Of a stretch of DNA of 64,000 nucleotides, positions 1 to 9,825 are shown piece by piece (position 1 is the first letter of the stretch; the number at the start of each line of letters is the position of its first letter). The stretch comes from Thermoanaerobaculia bacterium (GTDB lineage Bacteria; Acidobacteriota; Thermoanaerobaculia; Multivoradales; UBA5704): NCBI GenBank assembly GCA_044226625.1, contig JBGAGQ010000011.1:57736-121735 (forward strand), read 5' to 3'. A program made the position numbers and the translations under genes. The notes under the pieces are model-generated. The model saw nothing but the letters and a program-made list of their open reading frames with translations, had not been told where the DNA came from and did no database searches.

Positions 1-111
1 TTCCCTTTGCTCGGCTCCGTGGGGCCGCCCGCGGCCCCGTACGACGACCCCTAGAAACGGCGACGCCGCGGCACGATCGGCCGCGGCGCGAGAGTTCCTG
101 CCGGAGCGAAG

Positions 112-315
112 CTAAGCCGCTTTGTTGTAGCGCTTCTTGAAGCGCTCGACGCGACCGGCGGTGTCGATCAGCTTCTGTTTGCCCGAGAAGAACGGGTGGC
201 AGACGCTGCAGATCTCGAGGCGGAGCTCTTTCTTCGTCGTGTGGGTCTCGAAGGTGTTGCCGCACGCGCAGACCGCGGTCACGAGGTTGAGCTGGGGGTG
301 GAGGTTTTCTTTCAC
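112..315 (-). CDS. rpmE: 50S ribosomal protein L31 (zinc-binding type)
   Basis: GTG start at 315; 67 aa (V/M)KENLHP...CACG...EICSVCHPFFSGKQKLIDTAGRVERFKKRY, the classic L31 signature with 4 Cys. Confidence 0.97.
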   Translation of the reverse strand: MKENLHPQLNLVTAVCACGNTFETHTTKKELRLEICSVCHPFFSGKQKLIDTAGRVERFKKRYNKAA

Positions 316-679
316 GGGAACGTCCCCTCTCTTCTTGCTGGGCTTAGGCGCTTCGGATGGGCGCCGGGCAAACGACGAGACCGCGGACGCCGCAAGAGCC
401 TCGTAGGATACCCGATCAGGCCATCCTGGGGCAATAACCTTGGCGGTGATCCCAAAAATTGCCATCCCGTCTTCCCGGCCAGCCCGATCGAGCAGGGCGA
501 AACGCCAGGGCACAGTTCCTCCCTGGTGTGTCACACTTTCGCGAAGAATTGGCACCCTGACTTTTGTCTATACGTGAGCGACCCGGAATTCGGATTTGCC
601 TCCCACCGGCAAATCGCCAGCTTCTCGCAAAATCGACTCGGCCAGGCTCGTTGGACCGAATTTCATAGGAGTGCACTTC

Positions 680-2413
680 ATGAGCATGGAGCACGATGAT
701 CAGCAGGCGCCGGAAGGCGCCGAAGTTCCCAACGTCAACCGCCGCCAGTTCCTCGGAGGCGCTGGCGCCGCGGTGATCGGTGCGAGCGCCGGAGCGCTTG
801 CCTTCGCGCCGAAAGGCGCGGCGGCCGGTGCTGCCGCCGAGCTGGAAGGCAATGGGATCGTGACCGGTGAAGCGAACGTCGGGCGTGCCCGGGCTTCGTT
901 CAACTACCGGGTGAAGATGGCGACCCTCCGCCGCGACGCTCCGCACCCGCAGCACCGGAGCAACGGCGACGAGGCCCGATACGCGAACCGCATCGGGAGC
1001 TATTCCAAGGGCCTTCCGCACAACGAGTTCGGCGAGGTCAGCGCCTCGGCGTACTCCGCGTTCCTGAAAGCGGTCCAGACCGGCTCGCCGCTGGACTTCG
1101 AGGCCATTCCGTCCGGCGGCCCGCGGCCGCAGACCAGCCCGCAGGCCGGTATCGCGATGGACATCCAGGGCTTGGACGCCCTCGCCGTAACGGCGCCTCC
1201 GGCGCCGAAGCTCTCGAGCGCCGAAGCGGCGGGCGAGGCGGTCGAGCTCTACTGGATGGCCCTCCTGCGCGACCTCCACACCACGGAGTACGAGGGCAAT
1301 GCCGACGTCCAGGCGGCGTTGGACGACTTGAACGGATTGAGCGTCTTCAAGGGGCCGAAGGAAAACGGCCAGGTCACCGCTCAGACCCTGTTCCGCGATC
1401 CGTTCCCGGGCTGCACCGTCGGTCCGTACTTCTCGCAGTTCATGCTCCTGCCGACGCCGTTCGGTTCCGAGTTCGTCGACCGTCGGTCGCGCGTGTTCGC
1501 CGAAGGCTCGGATCACATGACCGATTTCGACAACTGGCTGACGGTCCAGAACGGCGGCGTCAACGAAACCACCTCGTTCGACTCGGAGCGCCGCTATCTG
1601 AGGAACGGCCGCGACCAGGCCGCCTGGGTGCAGATGGACGTGCTGTTCCAGGCCTACTTCAACGCCTGCCTGATCCTCGGCACGCCGCCGAACTCGTTCG
1701 ACGAGCACAGCGGAGGCATCGGCTGCCCGGTCAACCTGGGTAACCCCTACCGCCACTCCACGAACCAGGCCGGCTTCGCAACCTTCGGTCCGCCGGCGTT
1801 CAAGGGGCTGCTCTGCGAGGTCGCGACGCGCGGCCTGAAAGCAACGTGGTACCAGAAGTGGTTCCTCCATCGCCGGCTCCGTCCCGAGGCGTTCGGCGGC
1901 TTGGTCCACTTGCAGAAAACGCAGGACCGCTATCCGGGCGTTCTCCACGACGACATCCTGAATTCGACGGCGGTGTCGGCGGCTTTCGACAAGTACGGCA
2001 GCTACCTCCACCCGATGGCATTCCCCGAAGGGTCGCCGACCCATCCGTCCTACACCGCGGGTCACGCCACCGTGGCGGGCGCCTGCGTCACGATCCTGAA
2101 GGCTCTGTTCGACACAAGCTTCGTCATCCCGAACCCGGTGGTGGCGAGCGCCGACGGCCTGTCGCTCGAGCCGTACAGCGGTCCGGACCTCACGGTGGAG
2201 GGCGAGCTCAACAAGCTGGCCTCGAACATCGCGACGGGACGAAACGTCGCCGGCGTCCACTGGCGGTCGGACTCGATCCAGTCGATGCTGCTCGGCGAGA
2301 GGATCGCGATCGCGATCCTCGAGGACCAGCGTGCCTGCTACAACGAGAACCGGCGCGGCTTCTTCAAGGGCTTCACCTTCAACAAGTTCGACGGCAGCAC
2401 TATTACCGTCTAA
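680..2413 (+). CDS. Vanadium-dependent haloperoxidase, Tat-exported (paralog 1)
   Basis: AGGAG RBS at 667-671; twin-arginine motif NRRQFL; vanadate-site motifs KWFLHRRLRPE, HPSYTAGH, GRNVAGVHWRSD. Confidence 0.92.
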   Translation: MSMEHDDQQAPEGAEVPNVNRRQFLGGAGAAVIGASAGALAFAPKGAAAGAAAELEGNGIVTGEANVGRARASFNYRVKMATLRRDAPHPQHRSNGDEARYANRIGSYSKGLPHNEFGEVSASAYSAFLKAVQTGSPLDFEAIPSGGPRPQTSPQAGIAMDIQGLDALAVTAPPAPKLSSAEAAGEAVELYWMALLRDLHTTEYEGNADVQAALDDLNGLSVFKGPKENGQVTAQTLFRDPFPGCTVGPYFSQFMLLPTPFGSEFVDRRSRVFAEGSDHMTDFDNWLTVQNGGVNETTSFDSERRYLRNGRDQAAWVQMDVLFQAYFNACLILGTPPNSFDEHSGGIGCPVNLGNPYRHSTNQAGFATFGPPAFKGLLCEVATRGLKATWYQKWFLHRRLRPEAFGGLVHLQKTQDRYPGVLHDDILNSTAVSAAFDKYGSYLHPMAFPEGSPTHPSYTAGHATVAGACVTILKALFDTSFVIPNPVVASADGLSLEPYSGPDLTVEGELNKLASNIATGRNVAGVHWRSDSIQSMLLGERIAIAILEDQRACYNENRRGFFKGFTFNKFDGSTITV

Positions 2414-2433
2414 GTCTCGCTTCACGAGCGATC

Positions 2434-2478
2434 GAAAAAGACGCGACCGACCCGGAAGGGCGGTCGCGTTTTTCGTTT
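2434..2478. terminator. Bidirectional intrinsic terminator
   Basis: AAAAAG-ACGCGACCG(A)CCC-GGAA-GGGCGGTCGCGT-TTTTC hairpin flanked by A and T tracts, between convergent genes. Confidence 0.8.
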
Positions 2479-2491
2479 CGGTTCGCGAACC

Positions 2492-3169
2492 TCAGCCGTT
2501 GAACTTCGGCAGCTCGTAACGGCAGCGATCGAACGAACCCGAGACGTTTCCCTCGCCTCCCTCGCCTTTGTATGCAGCCGAGAACGTGCCGGAGATCTCG
2601 TCCTTGCCTCCGGCTTCCGCAGAGGGGAAGACCGTGATCTTGGTCTTCGCGACTCCACGCGACTGGCGGATCACCTCGCCCGAGAAGTTCGCACGCACTC
2701 GGGCATCCGCGTCGTAGTCGCCCGCGCCGTGGAAATTCTCGATGCGCAAGACGAAGAACGGAGCTCCCGGCAGGTTCATGCCGACTTGGAACGTCTTGTT
2801 CGGAAACAGCGCGCAATTCGGCACCACGTCCCCTTCGAAATCCTGGCTGCCGGTCATCGCGAGATGGCCGGTCTGGCCGGTGCCTCGGGGTTGAGCCTGC
2901 ACCGGAGGAAGCTTGGCGAAGGCCGGATCCGGCGCTACGTCCGAGGTGGCGCCAGGGGAGAGAGCGGGGGCCGAATCATCTGTCTCGACCGCCGCGGTAT
3001 CCGGCGCGGCGGTTTGCGAAGCGCCCGACTCCTCGTGTCCGCCGCTTTCGCTCCCGCAGCCCTCTAACCCCAGGCAAAGCGCCAGACCCAGAATTCCGAT
3101 CCCCAGGACGCTCGCGCCGAACCGCCTACTCGATCGCGAGGGTTCGCCCCGCGGTGTCGCTGCAATCAT
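2492..3169 (-). CDS. Hypothetical lipoprotein
   Basis: ATG at 3169 with AGGAG RBS; hydrophobic stretch ending in LEGC lipobox, low-complexity linker, then a beta-rich domain. Confidence 0.65.
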   Translation of the reverse strand: MIAATPRGEPSRSSRRFGASVLGIGILGLALCLGLEGCGSESGGHEESGASQTAAPDTAAVETDDSAPALSPGATSDVAPDPAFAKLPPVQAQPRGTGQTGHLAMTGSQDFEGDVVPNCALFPNKTFQVGMNLPGAPFFVLRIENFHGAGDYDADARVRANFSGEVIRQSRGVAKTKITVFPSAEAGGKDEISGTFSAAYKGEGGEGNVSGSFDRCRYELPKFNG

Positions 3170-3317
3170 TTTTCGCTCCTTTGGTCGGTCAAACCGCGCA
3201 ACCCGAACGGACTTTTCGTGCGGGTGTGGACCGCCCATTTTACGCGACGGAGCCCCCGGCGCCGGCACTCGTGGACGCGAGAATCTCTAGGGGACTTCGT
3301 GCCCTACAATCCACTGG

Positions 3318-4409
3318 ATGCGATCTTTTGAACGGCCCCTCGTCATCGACGGCCACACCGACGTCCCGACTCGCCTCTGGGAGGGGCCGGTCGACTTGTC
3401 GCTGCCGCAACGCGACCGGCAGGTCGACCTGCCGCGCCTGCGAGCGGGTGGCGTCGACGCTTTGGTCTGGGCGCTGTTCCTTCCCGCGAGCTTGGATCCC
3501 GCTTCCGGTCGCGAGCACGCGCGCCGGCTATATGAGATTTCCCTCGATCATCTCGTGCCGGGAGAGCTCGAAGGGGCGCGAAGCGCCGAGGACGTGAGGA
3601 AGAACGCCGCGCGCGGCGTCGTTTCCGTCCTGTTCGGCCTCGAAAACGGTCGGCCTTTGGCCCTTCCCGGGATGGTCGACGAGATTGCGCGCTGGGGCGT
3701 GCGCTACGTCACCCTCACCCATTTCGCCAGCCACGAATGGTGCGACGCCTCGACCGACGAGCCGCGCCATGGCGGTCTATCGCCCGCGGGGCGCGACCTC
3801 GTCCGACGGCTGAACGGAGCCGGCATCCTCCCCGACGTCTCGCACGTCTCGGATGCGGCGGTCGAGCAGGTTCTCGAGGTCTCGAAGGTCGCGCCGATCG
3901 CGAGCCACAGCTCGGCGCGTGCGCTTTGCGACCATCCGCGAAATCTTCCCGATGGATTGGTGCGCGAGATCGCAAGATGCGGCGGGGTCGTGATGGCGAA
4001 CAGCTTCCCCCCGTTCGTCGACCCCCGCGCGGCCTCGGCGCTCGTCGAAATCGAATCCGACCTCGCCGAGCCGATGCGGGAGCTTTCCGCGCGCTATTTC
4101 GCCGAGCCGGGTCGCGTCGCCCGCGAGCGGGCTCGGCTCTATGCGGATCGACGTCTCCCCGAAGCGACCCTCTCTCAATACGTCGATCATTTGATCCATT
4201 TGATCGAACTGGGCGGCGAAGAGCACGTAGGGATCGGCAGCGACTTCGACGGGATCCACGAGACGCTGCGCGGCTTCGAGAATCCGTCGAAATTTCCGGA
4301 TCTCGCGGATGCTCTGCTCGCCCGCGGGGTCGACAAGAGCGGCCTGCGGCTGATCCTCGGAGAGAACTTCCTGCGCGCGCTCGCGGCGGCCGAATCCGCG
4401 GCGCTCTGA
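3318..4409 (+). CDS. Membrane dipeptidase (peptidase M19 family)
   Basis: Motifs IDGHTD, GLENG, DVSHVS, ASHSSARAL, HVGIGSDFDG. Confidence 0.92.
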   Translation: MRSFERPLVIDGHTDVPTRLWEGPVDLSLPQRDRQVDLPRLRAGGVDALVWALFLPASLDPASGREHARRLYEISLDHLVPGELEGARSAEDVRKNAARGVVSVLFGLENGRPLALPGMVDEIARWGVRYVTLTHFASHEWCDASTDEPRHGGLSPAGRDLVRRLNGAGILPDVSHVSDAAVEQVLEVSKVAPIASHSSARALCDHPRNLPDGLVREIARCGGVVMANSFPPFVDPRAASALVEIESDLAEPMRELSARYFAEPGRVARERARLYADRRLPEATLSQYVDHLIHLIELGGEEHVGIGSDFDGIHETLRGFENPSKFPDLADALLARGVDKSGLRLILGENFLRALAAAESAAL

Positions 4410-4584
4410 AACTCGTTTTCCCCCCGCCAAGCAACACCGAGCCGGCCACCAACGCCGACTTCATCGAATCGGCTCGTATCGATCACCTCGCTCACCGGGA
4501 ATTCTCGATTCGCAAAGCTCTCCCATACCGCGGAGCGTGCCCGCGGCATTGAGCCAAAGCATTCGCCGATCGTCGAGCGACATT

Positions 4585-4609
4585 CGGATTAAAAGGTAAT
4601 ATTAATCCG
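4585..4609. promoter_or_regulatory. Candidate operator palindrome upstream of haloperoxidase 2
   Basis: CGGATTAA-N9-TTAATCCG perfect 8-bp inverted repeat in an AT-rich intergenic region. Confidence 0.4.
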
Positions 4610-4815
4610 CCGCAGCCACGCGAAGGCTTTCGATGTTACAACCCAATTTTTCTTTCCAAAGTTGTCTCGTCTTCGTTGGGGCCTAGCACCTCCAGAGTTG
4701 TAATCGTCGCGAGAAGGAAGTCTTCCCCGGAATGTCGGATGTTAAGTAAAGCCGATTTTCCAAAGGTCTGCTTCGGCCTCGCCCTGACACACAATCCTTA
4801 TCAAAGGAGAAGAGC

Positions 4816-6561
4816 ATGGACCGTCCCACAAACTCCCCGACTGACCAACGTACGCAAAGCCCCTCGGCGGCGGATTCACCCGGCGTGAGCCGGCGCGGCT
4901 TCCTCGGCGGCATGGGTACCGCCGCCGCGGCGATTGCGGTCGGAGGCGCGGCGCTCGAACCCGCGCTCACCGGCGCCGTCGCCGAAGCGGCGGAGATCGG
5001 GCCGCTCGGCAACAACCAGCGGCGCAACGCGGCGGCCGCGTACCGCAGAGAAGCCGCGCAGTTCTGGAAGCAGGCAGGCTTTCCCGACCACCCCACGAAC
5101 AGCGACGAGAAGCTCTATCCGAACAAGATCGGCAACTACTCCAAGGGGCTACCGCACAACGCCTTCGGCGAGGTCGACGAGGGTGCGTACGACAGCCTGA
5201 TCGACGCGTTGTCCTCCGGCGATCCGAAGGATTTCGAGGACATCATCTTGGGCGGTTCGGGCGCCGGTCCGGTGGGAAAACTGGTCAATCCCCAGTGCGG
5301 CCTCGCGTTCGACCTCGAAGGCTCCGATGCCCATCAGCACGCGATTCCTCCGGCGCCCGCCCTGGCGAGCGCCGAGGAGGCCGCGGAGGAGATCGAGCTC
5401 TACTGGATGTCGCTGCTGCGCGACGTGAACTTCAACGACTACGCGACGAACCCGCTCGCCCAGCGCGCGGTCTTGGAGCTCGACAGCCTACCGCCCTCGG
5501 CTTTCAAGGGACCGCGGATCGGCGGCCACGTCACCGCGCAGTCGCTGTTCCGCGACGTCGGCCCGGGAATGACCGACGGACCGTACCTGTCGCAGTTTTT
5601 CCTTCTGCCGACGCCGTTCGGCGCGGAGTACGTCGACCGGCGTTCGCGAGTGTTCGCGCCGGGCACGAACTTCCTAACGAACGCGTCGACCTGGGTGAAC
5701 GCCCAGAACGGCGGCGTGCCGATCGAGACCGCCGTGTTCGACTCGCAGCGCCGCTACATCCGCAACGGCCGCGACATCGGCCGGTGGGTGAACATCGACG
5801 TCCTGTTCCAGGGCTACTTCAACGCCTGCCTGATTCTCCTTACCCCGCCGGACGGCGCCGATCCGCTCTCCGGTGGCATCGGCTGCCCCTTCAACCCGGG
5901 GAATCCGTACACCAGCTCGGCCACCCAGTTCGGCTTCGGAACGTTCGGCCCTCCGGGGATCAAAGCGTTGATGTGCGAGGTCGCGAGCCGCGCCTTGAAG
6001 GCGGTCTGGTTCCAGAAGTGGTTCGTCCATCGGCGCCTTCGGCCCGAGGCGTACGGCGGTCTGGTCCACTGGCAGAAGGCGACCAACCGCTATCCGGGAG
6101 TGCTCCACCCGAGCGTCCTCGGCTCGGAGGCGGTCGACCGGGTCCACACCCAGTACGGCACCTACTTCCTGCCGATGGCATTCCCGGAAGGTTCTCCCAC
6201 CCACCCGGCTTACGGCGCAGGACACGCCACGGTGGCGGGCGCTTGCGTCACGATCCTGAAGGCTCTTTTCAACGAGAACTACGTCATCCCCAACCCGGTC
6301 GTCGCTGCGAGCGACGGCCTGTCCACCCAGCCCTACTCGGGGCCGGCTCTCACCGTCCGAGGCGAGCTCAACAAGCTCGCCTCGAACGTGGCGACGGGCC
6401 GCAACATCGCGGGCGTCCACTGGCGCTCCGACGCCTTCTGGTCGCTCCGGCTCGGCCAGCAGATCGCGATCGACATCCTGCGCGATCAGCGGGGTGGCTA
6501 TAACGAAGTCTTCAGCGGCTACACCTTCACGGGCTTCGACGGCGAGACGATCACCGTCTAA
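4816..6561 (+). CDS. Vanadium-dependent haloperoxidase, Tat-exported (paralog 2)
   Basis: AAAGGAG RBS; SRRGFL Tat motif; KWFVHRRLRPE, HPAYGAGH, GRNIAGVHWRSD; collinear with paralog 1. Confidence 0.92.
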   Translation: MDRPTNSPTDQRTQSPSAADSPGVSRRGFLGGMGTAAAAIAVGGAALEPALTGAVAEAAEIGPLGNNQRRNAAAAYRREAAQFWKQAGFPDHPTNSDEKLYPNKIGNYSKGLPHNAFGEVDEGAYDSLIDALSSGDPKDFEDIILGGSGAGPVGKLVNPQCGLAFDLEGSDAHQHAIPPAPALASAEEAAEEIELYWMSLLRDVNFNDYATNPLAQRAVLELDSLPPSAFKGPRIGGHVTAQSLFRDVGPGMTDGPYLSQFFLLPTPFGAEYVDRRSRVFAPGTNFLTNASTWVNAQNGGVPIETAVFDSQRRYIRNGRDIGRWVNIDVLFQGYFNACLILLTPPDGADPLSGGIGCPFNPGNPYTSSATQFGFGTFGPPGIKALMCEVASRALKAVWFQKWFVHRRLRPEAYGGLVHWQKATNRYPGVLHPSVLGSEAVDRVHTQYGTYFLPMAFPEGSPTHPAYGAGHATVAGACVTILKALFNENYVIPNPVVAASDGLSTQPYSGPALTVRGELNKLASNVATGRNIAGVHWRSDAFWSLRLGQQIAIDILRDQRGGYNEVFSGYTFTGFDGETITV

Positions 6562-6574
6562 GCCCTCAGCGATT

Positions 6575-6620
6575 CGGCCCGGCCGCCCTTCTCGTTCCGG
6601 GGGCGGCCGGGTCGACTTTT
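6575..6620 (+). terminator. Intrinsic terminator after haloperoxidase 2
   Basis: CGGCCCGGCCGCCC...GGGCGGCCGGGTCG hairpin followed by ACTTTT. Confidence 0.6.
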
Positions 6621-6672
6621 GGAGAAGCGCGCCGAATCGGCGGCGGCGAGCCCGAGTGAGAAGGCCGCGATC

Positions 6673-7578
6673 TCAGAAGATGAACATGTGGTGCTGCTCG
6701 TCCCAGAGCCTCTGGACCCCTGGCGGGTCGAGGCGGAACGTCGAATCCGGCATCGCCTCGTTGGCTCGAATCACCTCGATCCGGTAGGAGATCCGCTGAA
6801 GCAGATTGCCGCGCTCTGACAGTCGCTCCTCGACGATCGTCCATGGAAAGACCAGATCGGGGGCTCCTTGGACCGGATTGAAGAACGTCATCTCGACCCG
6901 GCGACGGACCTCACCTCGAGCCGTCCGCGCTTCCAGGAGGAGGCGGCCCCCACGGGGACCGGACTCCTCGGCCACCTGGTAGGCGCCGACCTCCGCATCC
7001 CCCAGGTTTGCGGGGGGGATGACGAGCTCGACCGGGCCTGTCTTCGAGTCGATCCGTTCGCGTGGCGCGCTGCCCCTCAGATCGATGACTCGAAGTCCGC
7101 AGGCGGGACACTCGTCGGAGTTGGGATCGAGCATCTTGAGCGGAAGAAACAACGGGTTTCGAACCGGTAGCGGCCACATCCGCTGGTTCGGACCGTTGAT
7201 CGAAAGAACGCCGCCGACCGGCATGAAAATTTGATAGGACCGGCCGTCGTACGCCACTTCGCCGACCTGGGAAAGACCGAGCACAGGTGGGACCGAGGAC
7301 ACGGCATGAAAGCGCTCGCCCGACTCCCAGTATTCGAAACTGCCGCTGCCGAGAAGGTCTCGGCCCAACCCCGTCTCCTCGGGAGAAATCCAGATTTCCA
7401 GCTGGGCTCGAAGGTGAATCGAATCGATTTCGGCGAGGGCCTGCCAGTACCTCCGAATCGCGGGAGGAACGCCACCCTTTCCGATAGCTTCCACTCTACG
7501 TTCGATCGCTACGACTTCCTGGGCCGTCTCCGGCCGTTGTGCAGGTGCAACGGATCCCTCCAGCCCACCGTCCTCCAC
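6673..7578 (-). CDS. Hypothetical protein (possibly secreted; N-terminus may lie in the overlapping ORF 7496..7774)
   Basis: 301-aa ORF with protein-like composition and a CPAC motif; the upstream overlapping ORF carries a signal peptide. Confidence 0.5.
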   Translation of the reverse strand: MEDGGLEGSVAPAQRPETAQEVVAIERRVEAIGKGGVPPAIRRYWQALAEIDSIHLRAQLEIWISPEETGLGRDLLGSGSFEYWESGERFHAVSSVPPVLGLSQVGEVAYDGRSYQIFMPVGGVLSINGPNQRMWPLPVRNPLFLPLKMLDPNSDECPACGLRVIDLRGSAPRERIDSKTGPVELVIPPANLGDAEVGAYQVAEESGPRGGRLLLEARTARGEVRRRVEMTFFNPVQGAPDLVFPWTIVEERLSERGNLLQRISYRIEVIRANEAMPDSTFRLDPPGVQRLWDEQHHMFIF

Positions 7579-7997
7579 GCCGTAGTGTCGTCGTCACGTT
7601 CTCAAGCGGAACCAAGGAAACGATGAGGGGAACGCACGAAGTGGGAAACAAGGTGCAGAGGGTCGCTTCGGGGTAGCACTGTCCGCCAGGCAATTGGGCT
7701 GAAAGGGAAAGCGGAACGAACAGGACCACGGAGAACAGGAAACGTCGCGCCATAAGTTTCATCATGCGCTCCATTTAGAAATGTTGCGATATTCTGTGAT
7801 CCACGTCGCCGCCGTGTCAAGGCGCCGCCAAAGAGCCGATGAAATCGGACCCGAAAAGGGACTCTTCCTCTCGACCATCTCGAGGCCCCAATTTCCTTCT
7901 TACCTATTGAGTCCAAACCACCCGATTTCGCGAACCTTCGGCCTTATGCTGAAGTCGTTCGGCCTGGCGGGCCGGACCGCAGCTGGAGGATGACGAG

Positions 7998-8525
7998 ATG
8001 CCGAGCGAAGCGAATCGAGGTTCGAGGACGGGATTCTCGGCGGTTGCCGTCGTGTTCCTGGTCTGTGCTCTGGCCGCGTGCAGAAAGCCTGCGCCGGCTG
8101 GTTTGGAGACACGCGGCGCTTACGAGCCCGGCCTCGGAGAGCTGATGACTTTCCAGCAGATGCGGCACCTCAAGCTCTGGCTCGCCGGTTCGGCCGGCAA
8201 TTGGGATCTGGCGGTCTACGAGTGCGAAGAGCTCGGCGAAGGGTTCGACGACGTGGTTCGCTTTCACCCGACGCACAAGGACGCGCCGATCGCGCCGCGC
8301 GATGCAATCCCGCGTATGGTCGTGGAGCCTCTCGCCGAAGTGCGAGCGGCGGCCGAAAGACATGATCGTGCGGCGTTCGTTCGGGCCTACGACACGCTCA
8401 CCGCGGCCTGCAACAACTGCCATGGTGCGATGAATTTCGGTTTCAACGTGGTCCGCCGGCCGACCGGCAATCCGTACACCAACCAGATCTTCGACCCGGA
8501 GCCGCCGGCCGAGGCCACCCCTTGA
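7998..8525 (+). CDS. Cytochrome c'-like (helical, C-terminal heme) lipoprotein
   Basis: LAAC lipobox; C-terminal CNNCH heme-binding motif. Confidence 0.75.
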   Translation: MPSEANRGSRTGFSAVAVVFLVCALAACRKPAPAGLETRGAYEPGLGELMTFQQMRHLKLWLAGSAGNWDLAVYECEELGEGFDDVVRFHPTHKDAPIAPRDAIPRMVVEPLAEVRAAAERHDRAAFVRAYDTLTAACNNCHGAMNFGFNVVRRPTGNPYTNQIFDPEPPAEATP

Positions 8526-8619
8526 GCGCTGGAGGCGCGCGCCGCAGCGTTCGGAGCCTCCCGCCGCGGAAATCGAAAAAGTCGTCTTCGCGCGACCGAT
8601 GGGGCTGGAGCGGCGCGCG

Positions 8620-9825
8620 ATGACAAAAGCGAGCGCCTCTGCCGCCGCTTCGACGGCGTTCCGGTTCGTGCTGGTGATGGGCGCGGTAAACCTTTTCGCC
8701 GACGCCACCTACGAGGGAGGTGGAAGCCTCAACGGCACCTTCCTGGCCTCGCTCGGGGCGAGCGCCGCCGCGATCAGCGTGATCGCCGGCTTGGGCGAGT
8801 TCCTTGGTTACAGCTTGCGGTCCGTTTCCGGGTACCTCGCCGACAGGACGGGAAAGCATTGGCCGATTACCTTCATCGGCTATACGGTCAACCTCCTCGC
8901 GGTACCGGCCATGGCGCTCGCTCCCTCTTGGCAGGCCGCCGCGACGCTCGTTCTCGCGGAACGTATCGGGCGCGCTTTGCGCAAGCCTACCGTCGAGGCG
9001 ATGCTTTCCTACACGACCTCCAAGCATGGAAAAGGGTGGGTGTATGCGGTGAACACGGCGCTCGACGAAACCGGCGCTACCCTCGGGCCCCTCCTGATGT
9101 CCCTCGTTCTCTATCGCGGCGCCGGTTTTCATATCGGCTATTCACTCCTTCTCGCCCCCGCGTTGCTTGCGATCGCCTGCCTGGTGGCCGCGAAGGTCAT
9201 CTTCCCACTGCCTTCGAAGCTCGAAGAGGGCGGCGCTTCCACCGCTTCGGCGCCCGGTTTCACCCGCGCCTACTGGCTCTACATGACTGCCGGCGCCTGC
9301 TTCGCGGCCGGCCTCATGAGTTTCGAGCTGATCTCGTTTCACCTGTCGGCCAGCGGCACCGCGACGCAGCACTGGATACCTCTCTTCCTGGCCATCGCCA
9401 CCGCGTTCGCCGTCGCTGCGAGCCTGATTCTCGGGAAGCTCTACGATCGGGTCGACATCCGGGCCGTCGTGATCGGTGTGGTGGTGACGGCGGCGTTCCC
9501 GCCGCTGGTTTTCCTCGGCGGGCCTTGGGTTGCGCTTTTCGGACTGATGCTTTGGGGCGTCGGCTACGCAACCCAGGACACTCTGCTCAAGGCACTCATC
9601 GCCAGCGTGTTGCCCGAGAAGCGCCGCAACCTCGCTTTCGGCATCTTTTACCTTGGGTATGGCGGCGGTTGGCTGCTGGGCAGCGTCGTCACGGGTCTGC
9701 TTTACGACAGGACGCGGATCGGCTTGATCGGGTTCGCGATGGGAACCCTTCTCACCTCGGTGCCCTTTTTCATGCTGGGTGCGAAGGCGTCGAAACGACT
9801 TCGGCGCCAAACGTCGGGCCGGTGA
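8620..9825 (+). CDS. MFS transporter
   Basis: About 12 hydrophobic segments; GYLADRTGK (MFS motif A). Confidence 0.9.
   Translation: MTKASASAAASTAFRFVLVMGAVNLFADATYEGGGSLNGTFLASLGASAAAISVIAGLGEFLGYSLRSVSGYLADRTGKHWPITFIGYTVNLLAVPAMALAPSWQAAATLVLAERIGRALRKPTVEAMLSYTTSKHGKGWVYAVNTALDETGATLGPLLMSLVLYRGAGFHIGYSLLLAPALLAIACLVAAKVIFPLPSKLEEGGASTASAPGFTRAYWLYMTAGACFAAGLMSFELISFHLSASGTATQHWIPLFLAIATAFAVAASLILGKLYDRVDIRAVVIGVVVTAAFPPLVFLGGPWVALFGLMLWGVGYATQDTLLKALIASVLPEKRRNLAFGIFYLGYGGGWLLGSVVTGLLYDRTRIGLIGFAMGTLLTSVPFFMLGAKASKRLRRQTSGR

Noticed and set aside
550-570. Possible sigma-54 promoter (TTGGCAC) before haloperoxidase 1
   Set aside because: No TTGC at the required -12 spacing.
416-2425. Long antisense ORFs (this one, also 13882..15894, 20108..22468, 43661..45916, 56507..59380)
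   Set aside because: They are shadows of real high-GC genes on the opposite strand and carry no motifs.
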